From the human T2T-CHM13v2.0 reference genome, Homo sapiens: a stretch of 64,000 nucleotides of DNA. The position numbers were made by a program, and so were the translations under genes. Of the stretch, positions 1 to 14,685 are shown in pieces; the stretch's first letter is position 1, and each line of letters begins with the position of its first letter. The notes under the pieces are model-generated. The model did no database searches. It was not told where the DNA came from and saw only the letters and a list, made by a program, of their open reading frames with translations. The stretch lies in NCBI RefSeq assembly GCF_009914755.1, contig NC_060934.1; one strand, 5' to 3'.

Positions 1-382
1 TTAAGCATAAAGTAGTCTAAGCACAAGCCCACTATCCCACATCCCTTTATGCAAAGATCAACAAGGCAAAAATCCCATGTCAGAATCAAGCATCCCAGGA
101 AAAGTTCCCAAGCCCATCTTAAAGACATATTGAACATCTGACACAGGAATCTCCACATTTAGAAAAAGGCAGGATTTTCCTATGCTAAAGAATGAGAAAG
201 TAAGGGACTAGAAAATAAAAGACAGGAAAATTATCTTTTGCTTTAAAGATCTAAATTAATTCGAAATACATAATATTGAAATACTCATGCTTAATATTTC
301 ACTCTGAAGAATTTCAGAATATTTCAACCTGATTCATTTTTCTTCTTTTCTTTCTACCTTCAGAGCGTCATCCTAGAGATTT

Positions 383-691
383 CTTTCTTTTTTTTTTTTT
401 TTTTTTTTTGAGAAGGAGTTTCACTCTTGTCACCCAGGCTGCAGTGCAATGGTGCGATTTTGCTCACCGCAACCTCCACCTCCCAGGTTCAAGCAATTCT
501 CCTGCTTCAGCCTCCCAAGTAGCTGGGATTATAGGCGCCTGCAACCATGCCCGGCTAATTTTTGTATTTTTAGTAGAGACAGAGTTTCACGATGCTGGCC
601 AAGCTGGTCTCAAACTCCTGACCTCAGGTGATCTGCCCGCCTTGGCCTCCCAAAGTGCTGGGATTACAGGCATGAGCCACTGCGCCCGGCC
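383..691 (-). mobile_element. AluS (Sq/Sp-like), full length
   Basis: Poly-T followed by reverse Alu dimer. 14-bp TSD CATCCTAGAGATTT at 369-382 and 692-705. Confidence 0.93.
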
Positions 692-2636
692 CATCCTAGA
701 GATTTTTGACAGGTCTACTCAATGTCCAAAATGAATAAAGTGACCTGCTCCTCCCCCTTGGGTTCTCCTGCTAAGGGGAACAATACTACAGTGGGGAGAA
801 AATTATGCAGGATGAGGAAACCACTTGCAAAGCATGCGAGCCACGTAAGAGAGAGGAGGTCTGGGGAATCTTAAACCTGCAGAATGGTCTGGAGGCCTCA
901 GAGCCACAGGGGCTAGGGTAAAACATTTGAAAACATCTGCAGTTCCTAGGCCTTCAGAGGCCTTGAAAAGTGGATGAGACCTCTGTCAGCCCCACCCTGG
1001 GCTGGCAAGGACCGAAGGGAGCACAGTGCAAACAAGTCACCAGAAACCAGCAGCTCCCACTCCCTTAGGCCAGTGCCCAAGGCTGCTCTTGGTCCCTGAA
1101 GTGACATCATTGTCAGCACTTCAGTCTCTGGGCTGCACCCTGGCCTTTGGACCCCAGCCACCATGGGGAACTGCTGCTAACACCGTAACCCCTAGGCAGC
1201 TTCTCTGAGGCAATCAGCAGCCAGACAAGATCCACAGCATGAATGAACCGGCGTCCAGGAAACCTCCATGTCTTCAAAACCAGAAATCTCAAAAGAAAGG
1301 CAGAGACGGCAGAAAGGAGACAAGTACTGTCTCGCAGCCACAGTCCCGGGCTTGTCTAGGACCTGCCAGGAGATGACCAAGAGTGATCATCAGAGTACAC
1401 AAGATTTTGCAGCAGCAACCTGTGCATTCTAAGGGCTGAAGGAAAAGAAATTGGGATCTGGAAGCCACTACCAGCTAAGTTATAGTCAATAATCACGGTA
1501 ATTGTCACGGTAACTAAGGGCTTTTTAAGACACAAGAGTATTTGGAAAATGTACCCTACTCCCAACATAACCATAGGCCTTTACTGAAAGAACAGCTAGA
1601 ATCACGTGCCCAGAAACATAGACACAAAGGCAAGCAGACACGTGACCGGCAGGTGCAGCAGACACTGAGGACTGCATGGCACTTCCCGCAAATAAGCCCA
1701 GAGGACTCTGCCAGCCAAAGAACTCCAAAAGCATGGCAAAGTTAGAATGAGAGGTTAGAACTCCATCGACTTTAAATTCTCAAAGAAATATCTGGTTCTG
1801 GTCCAAGGACCTGTCAATCACAATACCACTTCCAAGGACTAGGACTTTTCCCCATCCTTCAGAAAACATTACCGAGAAAGACAGGAGTGTTGCATAGGTG
1901 ACTAAGAAAAACGGAGGAGAAGCAAGGTTTCAAAGCTTAATTTAAATATCTGTAATCAGAGATTTTAAAAAAATCTTTGTTGGAACTGTAACATATTTGT
2001 ATTACAATGTCAATTGATGACATAATGACTAGGTTTAAAGAGTGCTTGAAATAAGTAGGAAACTCATTGGCAGCTCTTCATCCCTCAGCAGTGTTCTGCG
2101 GGGGTTCCCAGCCAGGCTGCAGGAAAGCGGGCTCCGACAATTAATCGCTCAGTGACTCTTGAGCCAATTTGTTCCAACAGCCTCAAGACGAGCTCCCCAT
2201 TTCTCCCCTAAAACAAACAAATTCATCCTTTTTCATTAAATCAAGTTTCTGTTGCTTCTAGGAAGAAAAAAGGATCTAATCCTGAGAAGCATGTGGGTGA
2301 GGAGAACACAGAAAAAAGTGTGAAAACACTTCAGGAAAATATTAATTAGAAATCAGAGATGTGTCACAATCTAGAGGAAAGGAGAGTGACAATCATCCAC
2401 GATGAATCTGCTTTTCTCTTAAAGAGAGTGCAGCTCTCTGAGAACACACCACGCTGAGCAGGGCGCCATCTCCCAGCCCCATGCTCTATTCCTCGGGAGG
2501 CGAGCATGGCGTCCTCTGCCTCATTCTACCCCACCCCACGCACGTACTGCCTTAGCTCTGTCTCTTGCTAGCAGTCTCTGCATTACATATGCTTTAAAAA
2601 GAGGCATTTGCCCTCTGGCACAGATTCATTAGTCCT

Positions 2637-2663
2637 CATCATCATCATCATCATCACCACCAT
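2637..2663. repeat. (CAT)6(CAC)2CAT trinucleotide microsatellite
   Basis: Read directly. Confidence 0.9.
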
Positions 2664-3959
2664 ATATTACCATTTATGCACAGCAGCTCTTGAACAAACT
2701 GCAAATGTCCACTGCATTTAAGATCATGGAGGCCTTTGTGGCCCAGAAATTCCAGGACACAGTCAGAATACAGCATATAAATAAGAATTCTGAATCTAGC
2801 ACTGACCCCAACACCCCACCTTCAGTATCCCAAATCTGTCCAGGGGGTGGGGGGCCGTTATGAGTCGTGTCATGAAAATTATTTTAAAAGTGTAGTGATT
2901 TGGGGAGCAACAGGGAAAACCTGCAGGTAACTACTGCGAGCCAGACTGGCTAGAGACTCCTGTCACTGTATCTGTACAATGACCCCAACAGATGGGCATC
3001 GTCGCTCATCATCGCTGAGACTCAGGGATGCCGAACACAGTTCAATAGTCGTTAGGTGTCTGAGTTATAAAATCTCAAGCATAATCTTTACACCACCTCC
3101 GTCTGACTTGAAAACTCGAGAGCATAACACAAATGAAGTTGCTTGATGGTGTTTGGGGTCACACCAGGAAAAGAGCTGGAGCCAAGACAGGCATCCCCCG
3201 CTGGCAGAGCAGAGCTCAGAGTCCGAGGCCCTGTAGCCTACTGTGATCGCCTCAAGACGTGGTGGGCGCTGCCAAGAACAAACTCACAGCCCTCCTGAAC
3301 TTTTGCTTTCATTGTCGCCTATAAATGGAGTAGCTTCGACTTAATGGAATTCTTGCCTTCGCCTTTCTGAACTTGACATTCCCTTTGATCAGTGAAGTGT
3401 GAAGGCAGCTTCCCAGCACACTGAAAATCTGTCTGCAGTAGCTCTCTGCCTTTCTCAGATACCACTGGCTTCCCAGAGGGACAGGGCCTCTCTCTGGGTC
3501 TTGGGAAATCTCTGAGCCAATCTCAGCCTTACCTAGTCGTCCTTGGAAAGCTCTTTAACACCCACCACAGGAGAGATGATCCTTCAGACCCTCATCACTG
3601 AGCTCCTCCAGAGAGCAGCTCTCACCCCAACTGAGCATCACAATCTCCCAGGAAACTTAAAGGAAAGGTGCCCTAACCCCTCTCCCAGAAACTGATCAAT
3701 AGGCTAGCAAAGGAACCCACCACTGGTCGGAAGTTCCCAGGTGATTCTTCTGAGACAACCAGTCTCAGAAGAGAGTCCCTGCAAACCTGGCTGGGGTCTT
3801 TTACCTGTGAGGCTACACAAGCTCAGAGATTTTCTTTCCCAGACCCCAGTGGATCCAACAGAGGACACTCTCAAAGAATCGGGTTCCAGCCCATGCTGGC
3901 TACAGTGGCTGATATCTGGAGTCAGCCCGGAGCCTCAGCCTCAAAGGTTCTGACCACCT

Positions 3960-4210
3960 ACCTCCTTCTTAAATGTCCAGCTCAGGGGCTGTTCTGTCTG
4001 AAAAGCCTCCCAAGACTTCCTCCCCTGCACTCAACCCTCCCAGCCTACCCACTCCTACCTTTAGCCTAACCTCCTAGGAAAAGTCCACACTGTTACCGTG
4101 GTAGTTTAGTCTGTCTCCCTGAACAGGCTGTGAGCCTCAAGAGCAGCAATGACAAGTTTTCATCCTCGAATTTCCAATGCCCAACCAATGTTCCCAAATG
4201 AATGAATCTG
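3960..4210 (+). mobile_element. L2 3' end fragment
   Basis: ctgtctccc...ctgtgagcctc...gagcagc pattern ending in a tgaatgaat tail. Confidence 0.55.
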
Positions 4211-4469
4211 CATTATGATCCAGTATAACTGATAATCTCTATGTCTGCATCATCATGGAAAACTAACACCATTCTTTATACGTTGCTTATAAGGCTCAAA
4301 AAAAAGGAATTATTGGTTCAAAAGAACATTTCTCAACCCTCAAGCACTTGCCTATTATCAGCTTCAGAAATTTTTCCACATCTATGTACCATCTGCACTA
4401 TTATTTCCTTAATGTTTTTATTTAAATCAAATTACTTTAGTGAAAATATGTTCATGTAAAAGGTAACTT

Positions 4470-5400
4470 TATCACTAGAAGATAACGTGAAAATATCTTC
4501 ATGACCTTGGGGTGGGCAAAAAACATTCTTAGTCCAAAGCAACAAGTACTGACCTCAACAGAAAATATTGATGATTGGTCTATATTAAATTTAAGAGCAT
4601 TTATTATTCAAAAGACACTTCTACTAGAGTTAAAAAGTGAGCCAAGAAGTGGGATATTCACTATGCATGTATCTGATACAGGACTCATATTCATCGTATT
4701 TTCAAGAAAAACAAACAAACAAACAAAAACCCTCCTATAAATCAATAAGAAAAACAACAAGCAAAAGAACTGAGCACATATTCACAAATGAGGTTATCCT
4801 AATGGTAAGTAAGCATTAGTCACTAGTCATCAGGAAAATACAAATTAAGACCACAATGAGATATCAGCATATACCCACCAATAGGAAGAAAATAAAGGCT
4901 GACAATATCAAATGCTGGTAAGGATGTGAAGCAACTAGAACTTTCATTCACTGCTGGTAGAAGTGTTAACTGATACAATCAATTTGGAAAAATCTCCACC
5001 AGTACTTAGTGATACACTGTGATCCAGCAATTCTTATAGGTATACATGCAAAAAAAATTCATATATATACCAAAAGACTTATTCAAGAATAGTCTTAACA
5101 GCACCATTTATAATAGCAAAAAACTGAAAACAATCCAAATGCCCATCAAGAGAATGAATAAATAACCTGCAGTATAGTCATGCACTAGAATACTATAAAT
5201 CAATAAAAATAAATGAACCATGCTATATACAACAACATAGACAAATCTCATAACATCATATTGAGCAAAAGAAGTCAGACACAAAAAAGCATACAATGTA
5301 TGATCTGATGAATATTAAGTTCAAAACAGGCAAAAGTTGTATCTGATGGTGGTTATCTTTGAGGAGAAGCAGGAGTAATGGTTACTGGCTGGAAGTAGGA
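4470..5400 (+). mobile_element. Old L1M (L1ME-like) ORF2 3' end / 3' UTR fragment
   Basis: A-rich, with caaattaagaccacaatgagatatca and caaatgctggtaaggatgtgaagcaactagaact motifs of the L1 3' region. Confidence 0.8.
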
Positions 5401-5899
5401 AGGAGGCCTGAAGTTGAGACCTCAGAACGAAAATATTTAAAAGACAAAAGGCTGCTAGAAACTGGAAACTCTACTGTATTGGAGGTTCTGCATTTTGAGC
5501 TAGTCAACATTTACAGATCTGAGAAAGGGCTTAGACTGTCCCTCCTGGAGAAAATCTGGCTGAATCTTGCCTCATTGAAAAATAAAGAATGAACACTAAT
5601 GTACAGTCTGTGCAGAACAAAAAATTCCACCAAAAGAACGTTAAAGGAGGTATACCATCCAAAACACTCAGAGAAATGTGACCTTGAAAGTAACTTGATA
5701 TGCTAGCTAGGAAAATATTTTACCCAGACACTGTTCATCCTTTGTATAATCCAAGAGTCATGGCTTCAACTTGCCATAAAAAAAGAAAAAAAAAACATGC
5801 TGAAGAAAAGGATAAGCAGAAAAATATTTTAAATAAGGCCAAATAGCAAGAAAACTAAAAATATAAAAGCAGAATTAAAACTCACAAGGAAGATCTATT

Positions 5900-6650
5900 C
5901 TTTATGAATGGGGGTCTTTGCCAACACAGTAAAGGAAAATAAATAAAGGTATAAGAATTGAAAAGGAGAAAACAAAATTGTCATTATTTCATATACATTA
6001 CGATTTATACTTAAATATCAAATAATATGTGATTAACAAGAGTTTAGCAAGATTGCTGAATATAAAAATCAACATTCAAAAATTAACTATATACCTGTAG
6101 TCTACCAATAAAGAGTAGAAAATTGAAATTAAAAGTATCACAGAATAGCAAGTATCAAAGAATAAATCTATTAAAAGATATATAAGACCTCTAGCGATAA
6201 ATTTCTACAAGCGATATTAAAGAAGGTCTAATAAGTGGAGAGATATACCATGTTCATGGATTAGAAGTCAATGTTGTAAATGTGTTCATTCTCCCAAATT
6301 GATTCGTAAAATCAATGCAAATCTAAATCAAAATTCCAAGAACTTGACTTGACATCATGTAGAACTTGACTACATGATGTAAATGTGTGCGTGTGTGTTT
6401 ACAAGTACACACAATGGGTCAAGAATAAACACAACTTTTAAAGAAGAATGGGTCCTGCTCTACCAGATGTCAAGATTTGTTATAAACCTACAGTAATTAA
6501 GAAAGTGAGATATTTCAAGCATGGGTAGAAAAATGAATTAATAATAAAGATTAGTGAGCCTGAAAACAAAGCCAGGCATATATGGATACTTGACATCCAA
6601 CAGACAGGTGGCACTGCAAAATAGTGCCCTTTCATTTGGTACTTAGTACT
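5900..6650 (+). mobile_element. Old L1M ORF2 fragment
   Basis: gagtttagcaagattgctgaatataaaaatcaac and gagatataccatgttcatggattagaag motifs; degenerate. Confidence 0.8.
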
Positions 6651-7339
6651 TGTCTTAGTCTATTCAAATTGCTGTACCAGATTATAAACAACAGAAATTT
6701 ATTTCTCACATTTCTTTTTTTTTTTTTTTTTTTTTGAGACAGAGTCTCACTCTGTAGCCCAAGCTGGAGTACAGTGGCACGATCTTGGCTCACTGCAGCC
6801 TCCACCTCCAGGGCTCAAGTGATTCTTGTGCCTCAGCCTCCTGAGTAGCTGGGACTACAGGCATGCATCACCACGCCAGGGTAATTTTTTGTATTTTAGT
6901 AGAGATGGGGTTTCACCACATTGCCCAGGGTGGTTGTCTCAAACTCCTGAGCTCAGGTGATCTGGCTGCCTCAGCCTCCCAAAGTGCTGGGATTACAGGA
7001 GTGAGCCACCATGCCCAGCCTATTTCTCACATTTCTAAAAGCCGAGAAGTCCAAGATCAAGGCACCAACAGATTCAGTGTCTGATGAGGGCCTGGTTCAT
7101 ATACAGTGGCTATCCTCTCCCTGCGTCCTAACATGGAGGAAAGGCCAAGGGAGCTCTTGGGGGTCTCTTTTATAAGTTCACTAATCCCATTCATGAGAAT
7201 TCCACCCTCGTGATCTAATCACCACCCCCCGCCCCAACCACACACACACACACACAAAGGCCCTACCCCCAAATACCATCACCTTGTGGGTTAGCATTTC
7301 AACAAACACATTCTGTGGGGACATGATCAGTTTATAGCA
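6651..7339 (-). mobile_element. MLT1A-type MaLR LTR, split by an Alu
   Basis: Starts tgtcttagtc; contains gaagtccaagatcaaggcacc and ctaatcccattcatgag motifs. Confidence 0.8.
6716..7020 (-). mobile_element. Alu (old S/J type) inserted in MLT1A
   Basis: 16-bp TSD TATTTCTCACATTTCT at 6700-6715 and 7021-7036. Confidence 0.93.
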
Positions 7340-8641
7340 TGTGTTTACTGCTTTCATAGCCAAATGTTTAATAAGCCAGGAAAGAAGTCTACTTTCACCA
7401 CAAGACCAACTTCTACCACAAGTGGTTTAAGTGCCAATTTTTTTTTGTAAAGTTTTAGGGCATAACATGGTAAATTTGGTTTTCTGTTAAATCCATCCAA
7501 GAGTCAGTAATACAGAATAAAGAGGGTTTTATCACAGAAGCTTTGAGAAGATGGAAACAGGATAGATCACAGTATGCCAAGAACAAATTCCCCAAGAGCA
7601 ACAGAAGCACGTGTGCTCACCCTTGTCATGGGGATTCTGGGGAGGTACAGCCCTAGAATGTCTCCCCTGTAAGTGGACCAGCATGTACTTGGTCAATAAG
7701 AACCACACTTGGGGTTAAGTGGCTGATACAAATGAATGAAATTTCATGCCACCTATGGGTGCTACCGAGCACATCAGAACATCAGAGTTCTGTCCCCTAA
7801 ACCCTTGTCTGGGAAGTATTTCTAGGCTGACAAGTCCACTGTGCCTATGGTTTCAGACCAGGGTTTCTGAAGCCTATAGCTGCAGACTGGCCACACTGCT
7901 CATGTAGTGTTCATAAACACACTCAGTTTACAGACATGTCTACTGTAGGCTACAGCCAGCCCAGGACCCCTAATCAAACCCAGTGAAGGCCCTGCCACAA
8001 ATCCATTATTGGAAAAACAAAATAAAACTCTCCACATTGTAAAGGAATGCTATAAAATCCTTCAAAGGCACTTGTTTCTTTTTAGAGACTAAAGAATAAC
8101 TTTTTAGGCATGTTTGAGATGGTGCAGAAAGTGGAAAATAGCAAGGAGTAGGGGCACCTTTGGTTTCCCAGTGCCCACATTTCTTGGGCTTCCTAACCAC
8201 CGTCTGTCAAGAGGGGTGTGACTCTGTCCCAGTTCTGGCCCCTCACCTCCCCTGTCACTCCCATAGGAGTCTGAAATACAGGCATGGCAGTTTATCATGT
8301 CTACTGTGTCGGTAAAATCTTTCAGAATCAGGGGTCTGGGAATAGCTGTGCCAGATGCCAAGAAGGAAGACCCAACTTCGCCCCAGGGAACTGTCTGGTT
8401 ATGCAATGAAGAGAAGAGGCTCATAACAAGGGCTTGAATGAAAAACCAAACTGTCTGTGATGCAATGAAAAACCCTCAAGCTTAAAACACACACAAATAT
8501 ACATTAAGTTGGCCAATCCCCAAGTATGGTGCCTGATTGAGGCCTCAAACTTCTTCCAGTCAAGGCATGAGGGAGATGCGTCAAGCAAGCTCGCATTCAC
8601 CAACATGTTTCAGGGAAACCATCCTACTTCCATCCTGGTAG

Positions 8642-8968
<327 letters not shown>

Positions 8969-9375
8969 GATCATGTTTCTTTCCTACAGATCTTGCTCTA
9001 AGAACTGAAATCAAAGACCACTTCCTTGAAAGGGCCAGCTGCTGTTCTGGGTCATAGAGAACCCATCTGAGCATATGTAGAGCACCTGTTCTGTTCACCA
9101 TGATGCTGGCTCTACCACAATATGGGTACTCAACAAACAGGTTCACCATTGTCAAGTGCTGCTACCAACATTGGGTCTATCCAGAGATGAATCAGACAAG
9201 GCCCCTGCTCTTAAGCATTCACAGGCTTTCAGAACCAAAGAACCGTGCACGGGAATCACTGTGATATGAGAAAGGAGGGAACCAGCACCATAAGAAAGAA
9301 GCACGGGAAACTAAAGAGAGGTGATCAGAGGAGGCTTCCTGGAAGTGGGATTTGCAGAGCACTGAACTTCTAAGG

Positions 9376-9590
9376 CAGAGGCTGACAAACTATAGCCCAT
9401 GTAAAGGTCAAATACAGCCCACCGCCTGTTTTTGTATGATCTGTAAAATAAGAATAAACTTTAAATATTTTAAGGGTTACCTTTTAAATGGTTATATAAG
9501 CACTTATATAATATCCTGGATTTTGGCTCTTAGCTACTAAAGCATAAAATATTTACAATCTGATCCTTTAAAGAAGTTTGCCAGCCCCTG
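9376..9590 (+). mobile_element. MER58 (MER58C-like) hAT-Charlie DNA transposon, complete
   Basis: TIRs CAGAGGCTGACAAACT and AGTTTGCCAGCCCCTG (14/16 complementary). Perfect 8-bp TSD TTCTAAGG at 9368-9375 and 9591-9598. Confidence 0.88.
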
Positions 9591-9634
9591 TTCTAAGGCA
9601 CACAAAAGACCCCAAGACGGTAAATTAAAGTCAC

Positions 9635-9815
9635 AGCTAATGTTTGCTGAGAGCTTACTGTGTGCTGTGTGCTACACTGTGCAGACATTATTTAATCTTC
9701 ACAATATGCCTATAAGGTTAATATTATTCCCACTTCACAGAGAAGGAAACTGAGTCATAGAGAAGTTAGTAACTTGTCCAGAGTCTGGCAGCCAGAAGTT
9801 AGTAACTTATCCAAA
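9635..9815 (-). mobile_element. MIR
   Basis: Reverse MIR core: attcccacttcacagagaaggaaactgag...aagttagtaacttgtcc. Confidence 0.75.
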
Positions 9816-10188
9816 GTCTCAAGTGTTAGTCTGATCCCAAAGCTGTCCTCTCAATCACCAACTTTGATGCTTGTCCAATTCCCTATAGAGAGAACATGTG
9901 AGCAGAGGCTTAAAGCTTGGGACACATGTAAAAAACAAGCCCTCATCTGGCTGCAAACAAAGGGAAGCAGAGGCCAGAAAATGGGTAAAATTATAGTGGG
10001 AATTGCCAAGTAGAGAATAATCCTGCAATTAATGCATGGTAAATAACATGGCATAAGGTAATTTCATTGCAACAAAAGCTGTTTACAGTAGCAAAAAATT
10101 GGAAACAACATAAATGTCTATTATTAGGTGGTTATATTATGGAATGTCATGTAACCTTTGAAAAAACAAGGTCATGCTTTATCTTCAT

Positions 10189-10600
10189 TGTATTGGTCAG
10201 CTACTGCTGTATAACAAGCAACCCCTAACTCTTAATGGCACACAATTCGCATTTACTTTCAGGTGTCTGTAGATTAGTTGAGCTCAGCTGGGTAGCTCTG
10301 GGTTGCTGGTTGGGCCCACATCTGTTCCACTTATTGCTCAGCCTCCTAGGACCAGTGGTCTAGGTATGCACACTCTTCTTGTGGAGATGCAAGAGGCCCA
10401 AGAGACAAATGGAAACAACCAAAGCTTGGGCTCAGAACTGACACATGATCCCTTCACCATCTATTGGCCTAAACGAGGCTCATGGACCAGCCCAAAGCCA
10501 AGGGACTTCCAGCTTTGGCAAAGGGAACTAAAGAGTTACACAGCAAAGGGTGTGGACATGAGAAGAGGTGAAGAATTAGAATGATGACTCAACCAACTTC
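10189..10600 (-). mobile_element. Old MLT1 (J-like) MaLR LTR
   Basis: tgtattggtcagctactgctgtataacaa start; gggctcagaactgacaca and attggcc...agcccaa motifs. Confidence 0.65.
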
Positions 10601-11353
10601 TTAAACTATTACAAAACAACACCTAAAAGGTAGTTTGACACTTGCCACAGCTGACACTACTCCTTAATCACAGTGACAGCCATGTACATGTTCTCTTCCT
10701 CAAAAGCTAAAGTTCCATAAGGATGACTTCTACATCTGAGATGAGCCTTTTAACCCCATCCACTCTCATAACTCAATGTAGTTAACATCGCCTGTACTGC
10801 CCACCGCCTTGCAAATGAAGTGGCTGACATCTGCTCTGCCTGCCACCTTGAACATAATGTAGTTGTCACGTACACCAGCCCAACATTCTGCCACGCTGCC
10901 TTCAAAGCCCCCCAGTGCAACCTGAGTAGATCCTGACAGGAGGATGGACTCAGGGTTTGAGAATGCCCGGTTCTGCATTTGAGGCCACACCTTGCTTGTT
11001 CAGGTGCCTGACTCTAGGCCTGCGTTCCTAACGGCCACGCCACCCTGCCACATGTGCCCTGCCTCCATGGCCACCATCTGTCGGTTGTCAGGATCTCCTC
11101 AGCTGCTTTTCCCCTCCAAGGTTATCCTCGACCCCCTTTTTTTCTCTCTTTTTTTCTTTTTTTTTTTTTTTTTTAGTAAAAGAAGTTTCACAGGCTAAAA
11201 TCACGTATAGGGCATTCAATGAACCAGAGCCGTGATGGCTGCCTACGAGACCAGTGATCCCAACCTAATAGCTTTGAAGCCAAAGCCATGGGAGCAATCC
11301 TGGGTGGGCCAGTAGGGAGGGGTGTACCCATGGCAGAAAAGGAGGCAAATTCA

Positions 11354-11356
<3 letters not shown>

Positions 11357-11398
<42 letters not shown>
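11357..11398. repeat. (GT)21 microsatellite
   Basis: Read directly. Confidence 0.95.
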
Positions 11399-11401
<3 letters not shown>

Positions 11402-12209
11402 TGAGTCTTCAAAAATCTTTCCGAAAATGGTCTCCTCAAAAGTTTAAGAACTTCCAATTCTGATAATAAAGAACTAAGATAATTCAAACCAACCCTTCTG
11501 CTGAAGCTACTCAAAAAAATCTGGGCAAAATATGTTTAAAAGCACTTAAAAATTAACAAGGCAGTGAAGAAATACGTTTATTTCTTCACAAGGCAGTGAA
11601 GAAGTACCAGGATCCAATCTGATGGCAGTAAGACCCAGGGAGGCAAGACCAACTCTCAAGGCCACGTCAGCCCTGTGGCATTTGTAATCCTGAAGAAACA
11701 GCTGGTGTTTTATCAGCCTGCTTGGGCACAAAATGCCAATGTCCAAGGTCCATTCAAGGTGAGGAGTCCTATTACCCCCCATCTAGAGACGACCCCAAAG
11801 CACCACACTGTCAGGGTCAAGCAGCAGAAACACAGCCACAGTGTGCACTGTGCAGAATGCGCTCTCCCGGTCCAATGAGTCCTCTCAATGGGCAATGGGT
11901 GGAGTGCACGCCTGCCCACTTTAAGAAGGAATATACTTTACATTTGGTAAGTGACCACAGAAGGTCACTGTTGTTGACATCTGTTTTCACTTGAGGATGC
12001 ACTATTAGTCATCTCTATGATTTCTTTGATGGCGAGTTCTTGGTTAGAAACACTGCCCCAAATCATTACATTGTGCTTAAGGAAGCAGCACTTCCACCTG
12101 TGACAATCAACTCTGGAACACTGTTTATGGACTCACATGGCAGCTAAAGTCCTGCCTCTGTAAATGCAAAGTTGTGAAATGCATCATTTATTTTAAGCTA
12201 ACCAAAAAG

Positions 12210-12435
12210 TCTAGAATCAGAAAATCTTGGGTTCAAATCCCTGTTTTACCACGTAGAAGCTGCATAACCCTTGGTAAACTATGCACATTCCCATGTCTCA
12301 TTTTCCTCATCTGTAAAGTATGGATAATAATGATAATAATAATACCCATAGTCAGGGGGGCACTAGGGGATGCCAAATACTCAGCCAAGTGCCTGGCTAC
12401 TACATAAGTGCTTAATAAATGGCTGTTATTACTAA
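12210..12435 (+). mobile_element. MIR
   Basis: gggttcaaatccc...ttttcctcatctgtaaa...gtgcctggc...taagtgcttaataaat. Confidence 0.78.
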
Positions 12436-13057
12436 TACTAATTTTAGCAGAAATGTGATCCTGGTTACCACAGTTTAGATAATAATGATACAATAATAAT
12501 AATGGTAGTAGTTAATAGTAATAGCTGTAGCTCATGGGCCAGAGATTGTTCATGAGTCTCAAAATAATACCTTTGAACATTCCAAGGTGAGTAATTAAAG
12601 GTGCACTATGTTCATGACTGTGAGATGCCGGCCTAGCACTGCATATTTTGCAAGTAGATTTGATCTCTGACCCCAGAGGCTCCTGGGTCAGGTTGGGAGA
12701 TAAGAAATGCACACTGAAGGCCATGGGCAGCTAAGAGGTCCCACAAGAGAGGAAATGATGTTGTCTTTGAGGAGAGAGAGGTGGGGAAAGCAACCAAGAG
12801 CTCCAGGAAATTCAAAACTGACTGCAGTTGAATCAGAAAATCTGGCTGTGAGTAGTGAGGCAGTGCACAAGTGTGAGTGTGGTGCAGAAGCTGCCGTGAA
12901 TGTTCTCGCCCCCGCACCATGGATCGGAATAGACAGCAGGCCCCAGGCAGCCCCACACTCGGGAATCTGTAGTCAGGCTGCTGCACCAGGGGCCTGTACC
13001 CACCCACCCTCCCTGAACAGGGCCTAGGACTGGTGTAGGGGCTCTCCGAGAGCCTCA

Positions 13058-13219
<162 letters not shown>

Positions 13220-13415
13220 CTAAGAGTTCAACTGTCCTCTCCTGCACAGCAGCCATCTCCCCTTCTGCTCCCCTGTCCCTAAAGATGGGGTCTTGGACTT
13301 TAAGGAGTCTCTAGTTAAAGGAAAGGAAATGTGTTATTAGCAACACCCAGGAGAAGAAACACTCCTAATAAAAACAATGTACACCTGCACGTTGTTACTA
13401 TTATAAGACTGAAGA

Positions 13416-13971
<556 letters not shown>

Positions 13972-14082
13972 TCACACTGCACTCCCTCTCCCTGCTCCAG
14001 CAACACTGGCCTCCGTTTAGCCTTCAGTTCATGCTTCTTCCTCACCAGAACTGTGTACTATGTTGTTCCTTCTCCTGGAGCA

Positions 14083-14171
14083 CCCTCCCCTCCCCTCCCC
14101 TCCCCTTCCCTCCCCTCCCCTCCCCTCCCCTTCCCTCCCCTCCCCTCCCCTCCCCTTCCCTCCCCTCCCCT
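14083..14171. repeat. (CCCCT)n pentanucleotide polypyrimidine tract
   Basis: Read directly; about 17-18 units. Confidence 0.95.
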
Positions 14172-14289
14172 TTACGCTCAAGCTAATTAGCTCCTACTGA
14201 TCCTGAACATCTCAGCTCTGGCATCACCTCCTTAAACTTTCCCGACCTCCCCACCAAATCAAATCCACTTTGATGGAAGTTGATAGCAC

Positions 14290-14685
14290 CTGTTTTGGGT
14301 CAGGTTGCCTCTAGGTAGAGCCTGATGCAGGGCTTTGGATGCACAAGGTGTATTGAGGGAGAGGGGAAGGAAGGGAAGCAGGATGGGGTGAGGAAAGGAG
14401 CTAAGCAAGGCTGTGGTCTCAGCCAGAGTCAGGCTCAGCCCATCCCACAGGAGCTCTGGAGCAGCAACTGCACACAGGGTTGTCCTGACTTGGGACAAGG
14501 AGCTGTCATTTCTACTGCAGTTGGCTTCTGGCTACAGCCTGAGAGTGGGAGATGTAGCCTTCCAAGGGTTCTTCTGCAGAGGTGGAAGCAGGTGTGAGCT
14601 GCCTGAAGAGGAGACTCCTGGTATCTGGGGGCTGGGTGTCCCTGTGGGGAAAGAAGACCTGGGTGGGGCACTGGCAGCCACACCG
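14290..14685 (-). mobile_element. ERVL-class LTR (LTR16-like)
   Basis: Resembles the recalled LTR16 reverse consensus (ggtcaggtt...agagcctga; ggagctaagcaagg...tggtctcagc; ggagctctggagc). Confidence 0.55.

Noticed and set aside
408-734. Alu-derived ORFs (also near 8682, 13491, 28066, 31120, 31703, 32902, 48280, 56426)
   Set aside because: Translations of Alu sequence, not genes.
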